This document shows, one piece after another, positions 1-7,744 of a DNA stretch of 64,000 nucleotides (position 1 is the stretch's first letter; the number at the start of each line of letters is the position of its first letter). The stretch is from NCBI GenBank assembly GCA_965223325.1, contig CBDCWI010000001.1:1376001-1440000 (forward strand), given 5' to 3'. Below the pieces are notes generated by a model that was given only the letters and a program-made list of their open reading frames with translations, was not told the origin of the DNA and made no database searches. This stretch comes from Candidatus Multivoradales bacterium (lineage in GTDB: Bacteria; Acidobacteriota; Thermoanaerobaculia; Multivoradales; Multivoraceae). Position numbers and translations under genes: made by a program.

Positions 1-945
1 ACTGGCGTAAGAGGTGCCGGGCGGAGCCGCCCACACGCCGGGACCGTCGGGTTCTTCGAGGTAGAGACCGTAGCCCGGGAAGACGGCGTTCGAAGTCTCG
101 GGGCTGTAGCTGTTTTCGGCGGTCGATCCGGTGGCACCGAAGCTCGAAACATCGAGATTGCCCACCGCAAGCACCGCGGGCGCGCGCGCCGGATACAACA
201 GTTGACCGTGGTTGCCAGCTGCCGCAACGCCAATAGTGCCGAAACGGTCGCGCATGTCAGCGAGCACCTCCTCGACCTCACACTCCAGACTGTCTTCGGC
301 TCCCGGGCCACATCCTGAGCCGTCGAGATCAAGCCGCCCGAAGCTCATGTTCACCGCCGCCGGTCCAACGCCGCGCACGTCGTTGTGAATGTGGCATAGC
401 TGCGCGAGCACATGAGCGTCCGAAACCTCGGGGCGGGCCGCAATCAGCTCGACCTCGGGAATCTCGAGATCGTAGAGAAGAACCGCGAGGGGATCTCCCG
501 TCATGTCGGAAGCGGCATGCTGAATCGTTCCGGCCACCGTGTGCCCATGGCTGTCATCCCAATCGATGACCGCTGCCCACTTCCCATCCGGCACATCTTC
601 TGAGAAGCAAGATCCCCCAGCGCACGGAACATAGGCAGGTGCCACGAGCGCCGGCAACTGCAGCGCCGCGGGGTCCTGAACCCCGGTGCCGAGCAGCTCA
701 CAGTTCCCACCGCGTTGCAGGTGGGAACGGTTCGGATCGAAGAAGATGTACGTGCCGAAGTCGCCGCAGGCCAGAACGTTGGGGCCGGTGACTCCGCAGC
801 GCGGTTCGAGCAACTCCCAACCGAGGTCCTGTGCAGCCGCGGGCTGGACAGAGGCCAAGGCGAAGAAGAGCGCCACACCGACCACGGGCAAGGTTGCCTG
901 AGTCGGTTTGGTCGAGCTAGTCGTTTTTGGGTTGCGCCTGGGCAT
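1..945 (-). CDS. Secreted S8 (subtilase) family serine peptidase; 3' end runs off the window; absent from the supplied ORF track
   Basis: Manual translation from ATG at 945 is open to base 1: signal peptide (VVGVALFFALASVQPAAAQ), AVID (catalytic Asp), HGHTVAG (His), VNMSFG, VAAAGN (oxyanion Asn), YPA, GTSYAS (Ser). Confidence 0.88.
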   Translation of the reverse strand, partial: MPRRNPKTTSSTKPTQATLPVVGVALFFALASVQPAAAQDLGWELLEPRCGVTGPNVLACGDFGTYIFFDPNRSHLQRGGNCELLGTGVQDPAALQLPALVAPAYVPCAGGSCFSEDVPDGKWAAVIDWDDSHGHTVAGTIQHAASDMTGDPLAVLLYDLEIPEVELIAARPEVSDAHVLAQLCHIHNDVRGVGPAAVNMSFGRLDLDGSGCGPGAEDSLECEVEEVLADMRDRFGTIGVAAAGNHGQLLYPARAPAVLAVGNLDVSSFGATGSTAENSYSPETSNAVFPGYGLYLEEPDGPGVWAAPPGTSYAS

Positions 946-1013
946 GAGGATCGTCTTGGGAAAGAAGGGGGCGGGCGGATAGAGACCGCGCCGCCGCCCG
1001 GGGGTTTCGGCTA

Positions 1014-1919
1014 CTACCGGGCGTCGACCATTTCACTCGCCGGGCCGACGATGGTGACGTCGACCGGGTAGACCAGGCGTTGCCCGTTGTCTGCCAACAG
1101 CTCGGCGGCCTCGGCGCCCTCGGCATCCAGCGCCTGAGGCAGCTTGCCCTCGCGAGCGACAGCGACCCACAGGCGACGAGTTCCGGGTTCCGAACCGATC
1201 AGGTCGGCTGCGATGACCTCGAAGCGTGCCGCGCCGCGGTCGACGGCCGCGCGGGCCGAGGAGCGCACCAGGCTGTTGCCTTCGAGGGTGTAGAGACCGA
1301 AGTCGAGGTCGCGAGTCACCATTCCTTCTGGCAGCGCCTCGAGACGAAGCAGTGTCTCCGGTTCGGCCTCCAGGCTGGTCGTGGCAACGACTTCTTCGCC
1401 GCGCACCTGGGCAAGACCCGTCGCACGCACGTCGTAGTGGACGCCCTGCGGCATGCCCGTGTTGCCGCGCGGAACCAGGACCACTGCCAGCAAGAGCGCT
1501 GCGGCAATCGCAAGTGGCACGGCGAACTGGCGAACACGAGTAGAGAATGGAATGACCTTCGCAGCCTCTTCCGTCATTGCGGCCTGCGTGCCGGTCTCGA
1601 TGGCAGAAAGAACGCGATCGCGCGTGCCCTCGGGAAGTTCGGTGTGATCGAGGCCGACAATGTTCGCCAGCGTACGACGCGCCTGAGTGCTCGAAGCAAG
1701 AGCGCGCTCGACGCTCTGTGCCTGACGTTCGGGAAGACTCCCGTCACGGTAAGCCGCCAAGATTTCGTCCTCGATATCGATTCCGAGGTCCTCGGCGGAG
1801 GCCAGGATGCGTTCGTCATCCTGACGGCTCAAGTTCCACAAGAGGCTGCTCTGGGCGCGGCTCAGGTCGCGATCGGTTTCGAGGTCGGGGCGGACGTCTT
1901 TTTCGTTGTTCTCGTTCAT
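1014..1919 (-). CDS. Anti-sigma-factor-like single-pass membrane protein (degenerate zf-HC2-like N-terminal domain, TM, extracytoplasmic domain)
   Basis: EILAAYRDGSLPERQAQSVERALASSTQAR resembles zf-HC2 with the His/Cys ligands replaced; KVIPF then a hydrophobic TM (FAVPLAIAAALLLAVVLV); ATG at 1919 follows a GAGGAG RBS. Confidence 0.65.
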   Translation of the reverse strand: MNENNEKDVRPDLETDRDLSRAQSSLLWNLSRQDDERILASAEDLGIDIEDEILAAYRDGSLPERQAQSVERALASSTQARRTLANIVGLDHTELPEGTRDRVLSAIETGTQAAMTEEAAKVIPFSTRVRQFAVPLAIAAALLLAVVLVPRGNTGMPQGVHYDVRATGLAQVRGEEVVATTSLEAEPETLLRLEALPEGMVTRDLDFGLYTLEGNSLVRSSARAAVDRGAARFEVIAADLIGSEPGTRRLWVAVAREGKLPQALDAEGAEAAELLADNGQRLVYPVDVTIVGPASEMVDAR

Positions 1920-2136
1920 GATTCTGCTCTCCTCGACTTCTTGGGAGTCTCCCTCGAAGGAGTTTTCCCCCCCTCCACCCAAAAAAGATGGAAATCTCTG
2001 GTTTCAGGCCCAGAAACGGCCAGGTTCTATAGCCCGCGATCGAATGACTTGACGGCTCTGGCGCCCACTCTATGCGCTCTCACACCTGAATCGTCAGGGA
2101 GCGGGTCACAGAGGCCGCGCGGCTGGGTGCAGGCGG

Positions 2137-5091
2137 TCAGGAAGAGCCGGCAGAACGCAGGAGCATGAGGCCGCCCCAGACCGAAGCGGGTTGGTCCTTC
2201 CGCAGCTCCGCGAGGGCTGCCGAGTATGCCTGTGGTGGCGATTCCCCGGCTGCAATCTGGCGATAGAACGCCCGGTTGAAGGTCACCGCGACCTGGTTGT
2301 CCAGCTTGCCGCGACTTGCGATCACCCAGCGGGCGCCGAGTCGGGCCAGGAGCCCCCCAAGTCCGAAAGAACCCGCATCAGCCGTGGTCGGCCAGAGGCC
2401 GCTCTCACAGGCGCTCAGATTGGCAAAGTCGAGGCTGACCGACTGGTCGGCGATCTCGATCCAGCTCAACGATCCGTCGGCGAGGCGCAGCGACGAAAGC
2501 TCTGGGAACGCTGGATCGTGCACGGCATGCGCGTCGGCGTGGAAGAAGGCGGCTGCCCCGAGTGCCGAGGAGAAGCTCTTGCGACTCGCCTCTTCACCGG
2601 CCAAGATGGTGGCATCGGGAAAGAGCGAGGCGTAGTACGTCTGCAGCTCCCGAGAACCGCGCAGGTTGCGCTCGGGATCGACGATGAAGAGTGCCGGTCC
2701 CATCTCGTTCGTGGCACCTGCAGCGACCGCCCCAGAGGGCCAGAAGGCGGCGGTGGTGTACTCGGCAAGCCACTCGCGGCCCGCTCCGCCCACCGGCAAG
2801 GCCCCGACCGGCACCCGTTGCAAACGACCGTGCAGTGCATAGGTCGTCACCGGTCCGAGCGACTTCAGATCCTCGGGCAAGAGCGCCTCGGCCAGGGTCT
2901 CGAGAGTCGCCGACCATTCGGAATCGCTGATCTCGACGCTCGGATCCAGTACCTTCTCCATCAGGCGCTCGGCATCCTGCAGATCGCGCGCGCTGATCGC
3001 GGTTCGCCGCGCAACGCTGGTCCGACCGGCCTCTCGACGGAGTAGAAAGATCTCGTCATCGACCCAGAAGGCGCGCAGGTCGACCTGGTCGTCCGAACGC
3101 ACGACGCCGCGCTCACACCCTGGCCATTCGCGCCACAGGTCACGCAGTCTTTCCTTGATGCGCTCGTGGTCGGCGCGGCCCTGCCCGATCGAGCGCTCGT
3201 CTTCTGCTAGCTGGCCGAGAAGCGTCGCCGACTCGCGGTCGAGCTCGTTCCAGCGTTCCCAGGCGGCGGAACCAGGCTTGGCCTGCTGCCGGCAATGCTG
3301 GCGCTCGGCTTCAACCCGGGCACCCTGGTCGAGGCGCAGCATCTGTGCCCAGGCGGTGGCCCCGTCACCTCTGGCAATCGCCAGTCGTGCCAAACGTGCG
3401 TAGTCGACCGAGCTCTGGCCGGGGCCGATTCCTCGACGCTCTTCCACCGCATCACTGGTGAACTGCTGCAACAGAATGGCGCGCTCGTAGTCGGCTGCGG
3501 CACCGCTCGAGTCGCCCAGCTGTTCTCGCGCCCGCCCGACACAGCTCGACGCCGCCGCGGCCAACTGGCCGTCGTCGGACGACGTCAACAGGCGGCAACG
3601 GTCGAGGGCCTTCTGGGATTCGGCGAGTCGTAGATGCTCGAGCCCTTCAGTCAACCTCACCCAGCCCGAGAGCACCGCCGCGCGACCGGTACCCTCGGCA
3701 GCATCGAGAATCTCCTCGGCCTCCTCGAGGAGGCTCTGTGGACCGACGCCGCGCCGAATACCGAGAAACGCTCCGTTGATCAGGCGATTGGCGCGTTCGA
3801 GCGGATCTTCGGTCTCCTGCTCGAGGATGACGGTCAAGAACTGCTTGGCGAGATCGAGGTCTGCCGGACTAGCCTCGGGATCGAGGAGCGTTTGCCACAG
3901 CAGCTGGTTGCGCGCATGATCGGCATACCAGGCATCCAGCGACACCGCCGCCTGCTCCTCGCTGAGCTCCCGAATGCGTGCTTCCGCCGCCTCCAGTTCG
4001 ACGCGCAGCCGGCGTGAAGCTTCACGAAGAGCGCCCATGCCGGCGAGAATGTCGGCCTGGCCGAGTACTGCCGGCATCGTCGACTCGGCAACCCGAGCGA
4101 GCAGATCCTCGGCTCGCTTGAGGTCGGTCCAAGCGTTCGAAACGCGCCCCTCCGACAGTTCGAAGGCGGCACGCTGATAGGCCGCAATCCCACCGAAGTA
4201 GCTCATCACCGGTTCGTCGAGCCAGCCGGGAAGGGCGTCGAGCCGCCGGCGGGCTTCCTCCTTGCCCTCGCCGGCAACGGTCAGGAAGTGCACTGCCGAG
4301 AGCTCGATCTGAATCGCAAGGCCGAGGTAGCCAGCGTCAGCAGCGCGCGCCGAAAGTTCATCGAACTCTGCGATCTGTTCAGAAAGGGTGGCCTCACTCG
4401 CCCGGCTGTGGAGCTCCTCGACTTCTGCCTCGAGACTGGCGTGGGTCTCATCCTTGGCGCGATAGATGAACGGCAGGCAGGAAATCTCGCGCCGCGTCTC
4501 TTCATAGGTATCGACGAGAGTCGCGCACAGCTCGTGTGTCGCATCACTCTCGAGGTTGAGAGGCGGCGACCACTCGAAGCACGCAAATCTCGCGCTGCGT
4601 GAAGTCGGCGAGACTCCTGCCTTCGCCGCCGCGTCGCCGACCGACGGCTCGAGCAACCAGCTGCGGGTGTCGGCATCCCCTGACGCCTCGATGCACAAGC
4701 CGAGCTGGGTGGGAGCGATGTAGAGCGGCAAGCGTTCGCCGCTCCGTTCGCCTGGAGTCACGTCGATGTGCTTGTTGGCGACCACGAGACCCTCGAACGG
4801 TGGATCGCTGCCACTGCACGCCAGAAGCGCCAGACAGGAGAGACACGCCAGGAAGAAGGCCAGGGTACGAAGAACCCGGTACTGCGCACCTAGAAAAAGG
4901 GGGCCCGGCGTTTCCACCGAGCCCCGAAATGGGGGAAAGAAAACTCGACCGAGCAGATCCCTAAGGACCGCCGATCGAAGTGTGGCTGTCCATTCCGGAG
5001 TCGCGACAGCGGCGCTTTGCCGCGGCGAAATAGCTGCGTTTTCTGGGGTCGCCTGGCTTTGCGCCCGGTGCGCCTGGCTTCTCTGCCTCAT
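2137..5091 (-). CDS. CHAT-domain (caspase-like, clan CD) protease with helical TPR-like region; possible lipoprotein
   Basis: C-terminal HADAHA (His) and LSACESG (Cys) dyad, plus LQRVPVGAL and WGGLML; internal lipobox-like LALLAC; start overlaps the rsmE stop (ATGA), but the true start may be further downstream. Confidence 0.85.
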   Translation of the reverse strand: MRQRSQAHRAQSQATPENAAISPRQSAAVATPEWTATLRSAVLRDLLGRVFFPPFRGSVETPGPLFLGAQYRVLRTLAFFLACLSCLALLACSGSDPPFEGLVVANKHIDVTPGERSGERLPLYIAPTQLGLCIEASGDADTRSWLLEPSVGDAAAKAGVSPTSRSARFACFEWSPPLNLESDATHELCATLVDTYEETRREISCLPFIYRAKDETHASLEAEVEELHSRASEATLSEQIAEFDELSARAADAGYLGLAIQIELSAVHFLTVAGEGKEEARRRLDALPGWLDEPVMSYFGGIAAYQRAAFELSEGRVSNAWTDLKRAEDLLARVAESTMPAVLGQADILAGMGALREASRRLRVELEAAEARIRELSEEQAAVSLDAWYADHARNQLLWQTLLDPEASPADLDLAKQFLTVILEQETEDPLERANRLINGAFLGIRRGVGPQSLLEEAEEILDAAEGTGRAAVLSGWVRLTEGLEHLRLAESQKALDRCRLLTSSDDGQLAAAASSCVGRAREQLGDSSGAAADYERAILLQQFTSDAVEERRGIGPGQSSVDYARLARLAIARGDGATAWAQMLRLDQGARVEAERQHCRQQAKPGSAAWERWNELDRESATLLGQLAEDERSIGQGRADHERIKERLRDLWREWPGCERGVVRSDDQVDLRAFWVDDEIFLLRREAGRTSVARRTAISARDLQDAERLMEKVLDPSVEISDSEWSATLETLAEALLPEDLKSLGPVTTYALHGRLQRVPVGALPVGGAGREWLAEYTTAAFWPSGAVAAGATNEMGPALFIVDPERNLRGSRELQTYYASLFPDATILAGEEASRKSFSSALGAAAFFHADAHAVHDPAFPELSSLRLADGSLSWIEIADQSVSLDFANLSACESGLWPTTADAGSFGLGGLLARLGARWVIASRGKLDNQVAVTFNRAFYRQIAAGESPPQAYSAALAELRKDQPASVWGGLMLLRSAGSS

Positions 5092-5819
5092 GCTGTCCGC
5101 CCCAGAAGCGCCAGAAGAGCAATCGTCGCGTGCTCGACTCGCAAGATGCGCTGACCGAGGCCAACGCCGCGAAGTCCCGCCGTCTCGAGCAACCCGAGTT
5201 CGAAGGGTACGAAGCCACCCTCGGGGCCGACGACCATCACGGCCGGTCCGATCTCGCCCACCCGCGGACAGGGGGCATCGAAACTCGGGTCGGCCACCAG
5301 CCCTTCGCGACCCGCCAGGAGCTCGGGCAGCCGATCTTCCACAAAAGGACGAAAGCGCCTCGCGAGCTCGACTTCGGGTGGAACGGTGTCGACCGCTTGT
5401 TCGAGCCCCAACCGCAGGTGGCGCTCGATCGCCTCCGGTGCCAGGACATGACTCTGCCAGTAACTCTTCTCGACCCGCGCCGAATGCAGGAGCACGATGC
5501 GCTTGACCCCCATCGCACTGCTCGCCTCGAGGATCCGGCGCAGCATCGGAGGGCGTGGCAAGGCCAGGACCAGATCGACTTCGAGAGCCCCTGGCGGTGG
5601 CTGGTCGAAGACCCCCGCAAGCGTCACCTGCTGCTGGTCGAGACTCTCGATCTCGGCGGTGCCGAGTGCTCCCCCGAGCAGGCCGACCCGCAACTCCTGC
5701 CCGACCTCGGCGCCCAGAACCGAGCGCAGGTGATTGAGCCGATCGTCGGCCAGCGAAGCACGGAACCTGGGGCCGTCGACCTCAGCCAGTTCGCGCCCTT
5801 CGAGCAGGAGAAGGTTCAA
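5088..5819 (-). CDS. rsmE: 16S rRNA (uracil1498-N3)-methyltransferase
   Basis: HLRSVL, LALPRP, EQAVDT, VGPEGGF and LGQRILRVEHA SPOUT motifs; TTG start. Confidence 0.92.
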   Translation of the reverse strand: MNLLLLEGRELAEVDGPRFRASLADDRLNHLRSVLGAEVGQELRVGLLGGALGTAEIESLDQQQVTLAGVFDQPPPGALEVDLVLALPRPPMLRRILEASSAMGVKRIVLLHSARVEKSYWQSHVLAPEAIERHLRLGLEQAVDTVPPEVELARRFRPFVEDRLPELLAGREGLVADPSFDAPCPRVGEIGPAVMVVGPEGGFVPFELGLLETAGLRGVGLGQRILRVEHATIALLALLGRTA

Positions 5820-5925
5820 GGGTGGAGCGCCTCAGGAGGGGGATAGCGAGAACAAGGGCGGCGACGCGCCGCCAATCTAGGAATTCTTGCAAATCCGCCC
5901 CACAAACCGAAGCGAAAGCCACCCA

Positions 5926-5960
5926 GGGCCCGGGTAGGGACCCGGGTGGGGACGTGGGAC
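5926..5960 (+). repeat. Intergenic G-rich tandem 12-bp unit (GGGACCCGGGTG-like), copy A
   Basis: gggcccgggta gggacccgggtg gggacgtgggac; the 15-mer GGGACCCGGGTGGGG at 5937-5951 recurs at 14213-14227. Confidence 0.55.
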
Positions 5961-7553
5961 TCAGGCGTCGGCGCGGGAGCCGTCCCACTCGGTCTTGCGA
6001 CCGTTAGCGGTCATGACGGTCTTGATCGATCCGGACTCCGGATTGACTTCGCCTTCGAGTGGCAACGGGCCCCAGGGTGACAGGAGCTGACCCGAGAACT
6101 GGTTCCCGTCCCAGACCAGATCCGAGATGGTCGAGGCCATTAGACCGCGGTCGCCCCAAATGACCCAGAAGGTACCGTCACCTTCTGCTGGAAGATGGAT
6201 CGGCGCCCAGGCTTCCGGGTCGTCTCGCTTCTCCGGTTCGCGACCCGAGACCTTCCACACCTCACCGGGGTGTTCTTTCGCTACTTCCGAGACCAGTCGG
6301 CCACGAATCTGGAAAGGCGTTAGCGGCGCCACGCCTTCGTCGACGATGAAGTCGAGGAAACCGATCATCATTTCGTCGTACGACTCATCGCCGAAGGTCA
6401 CGTCAATCGTTGGATCGGGGTTGTCCGGGTTGCCGGCTGAGTTGTCGTAGTGCGCGATCACTTCGACCCGCGTACCGGCTGTCACTGGGATCGGATCCTC
6501 GAGCTTGTAGTTGGTCTGCCAGTTGAAGTCGTAGTCAAGGACCTTGAGCGGCTCGATCGTACGACCGTCCGGATAGTGCACGCGGTAGACGAACTTCTTT
6601 CCGCGGTAGTGCATGTGGGGTGCAAAGGCCATGATGCGGCCGTCCTGCCAGAACAGGCGTTCGGCACGAACCTCGTGATCGCTGGCGCCAGCCGGAATCT
6701 TGAAGTTGTCGTTCATGATCCAGATGTTGGTGAGTTCTTTGGCCGGCGGTTGATCGGCAAAATGCAGGCCGATCCGCGTGATGTCCTTCTGCTCGGTGTC
6801 GGTGGGGTGGTAGTGCATGTCACCGATGAGGTTGGAACCCTTCTCGAGCAGCCGCCCGGTACCCTCGGCAAACACCATCGGGTCGGTGCCCGCTGCCCAG
6901 GCACCCAACCAACCACCGACGGGATCGACGTCGAAGCCCTTGACGGCAAAGGTAATGACGTGGTGTACGACGGTCGAGTTGCCCGGCAGGATCTCGACGG
7001 CGGTCACCCACTTGTCTTCGTCGAGTCCTAGCTGGCCGACCAGGTTGTGGAACTGGTCCGGTCCTCCGGCGGGAACGGTGACCTCGGGCAGCTCGACGAT
7101 GTGATCAGGCTCGCCGAGCCTCCATTTCCCGGTTGGGAACTCCGGCGCTGCTGGTTCTTTCGAAAGATCTCCAGCCGGCGCGCCTCCCTTGGCCCAACGC
7201 ACGATGGTGTCGATCTCAGACTCTTCGAGACTGCGATCGTTGCTGAAGCCAGCGCTCCCCGGAGCGGCATGCCAGGGCGGCATCTCGCCCGTCTCGACCT
7301 TGCGGGCAATCGACTTCGCCCATGGCCGCACCTCGTTGTAGGAACGCAGCGACATTGGTGCACCCTGTCCCGGACGGTGGCAACTGGTGCACTTGGAGTG
7401 AACGATCGGCGCCACATCGGACGCCCACTGCGGCAGGTCGGCCGCGTTGTTGTTCGGCGCCGGTTCGCTCGCTCCTACCAGCGAGGCAGCAACAGAAAGA
7501 ATGACGGCGAGTGACAGAGCCTCGGCAAGGCGTGGAGCGGGAGTCTTGAACAT
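5961..7553 (-). CDS. Secreted c-type heme + copper type II (PHM/DBH-like) monooxygenase domain protein
   Basis: Signal peptide; CTSCH heme motif; MPPW; CuH ligands VVHHVI and MHYHP; CuM ligands HMH and DEM; YDFNWQ. Confidence 0.82.
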   Translation of the reverse strand: MFKTPAPRLAEALSLAVILSVAASLVGASEPAPNNNAADLPQWASDVAPIVHSKCTSCHRPGQGAPMSLRSYNEVRPWAKSIARKVETGEMPPWHAAPGSAGFSNDRSLEESEIDTIVRWAKGGAPAGDLSKEPAAPEFPTGKWRLGEPDHIVELPEVTVPAGGPDQFHNLVGQLGLDEDKWVTAVEILPGNSTVVHHVITFAVKGFDVDPVGGWLGAWAAGTDPMVFAEGTGRLLEKGSNLIGDMHYHPTDTEQKDITRIGLHFADQPPAKELTNIWIMNDNFKIPAGASDHEVRAERLFWQDGRIMAFAPHMHYRGKKFVYRVHYPDGRTIEPLKVLDYDFNWQTNYKLEDPIPVTAGTRVEVIAHYDNSAGNPDNPDPTIDVTFGDESYDEMMIGFLDFIVDEGVAPLTPFQIRGRLVSEVAKEHPGEVWKVSGREPEKRDDPEAWAPIHLPAEGDGTFWVIWGDRGLMASTISDLVWDGNQFSGQLLSPWGPLPLEGEVNPESGSIKTVMTANGRKTEWDGSRADA

Positions 7554-7671
7554 GGAGAGGCCTCCGAGAGGGGTTTGCGACGTCGGCGGTACGTCTGAGG
7601 GACGGTGTTGGGACGTCTCGGGGATCGAAGAACCTCGGTTCTCCGCGAGGGGTCTCGATCGATTCCTTTTC

Positions 7672-7706
7672 TACGACTGAGACGCCTCGTCAGTTTCACC
7701 GTTACA
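7672..7706 (-). promoter_or_regulatory. Candidate ECF-sigma promoter(s) upstream of the heme/copper protein
   Basis: Minus strand reads TGTAAC-N16-CGTCT, overlapped by TGAAAC-N17-CGTA; both match generic ECF -35 AAC / -10 CGT consensus. Confidence 0.45.
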
Positions 7707-7744
7707 CCGAACAGCGGCACGGATGGCGAGCGGAACGAGGGCGC

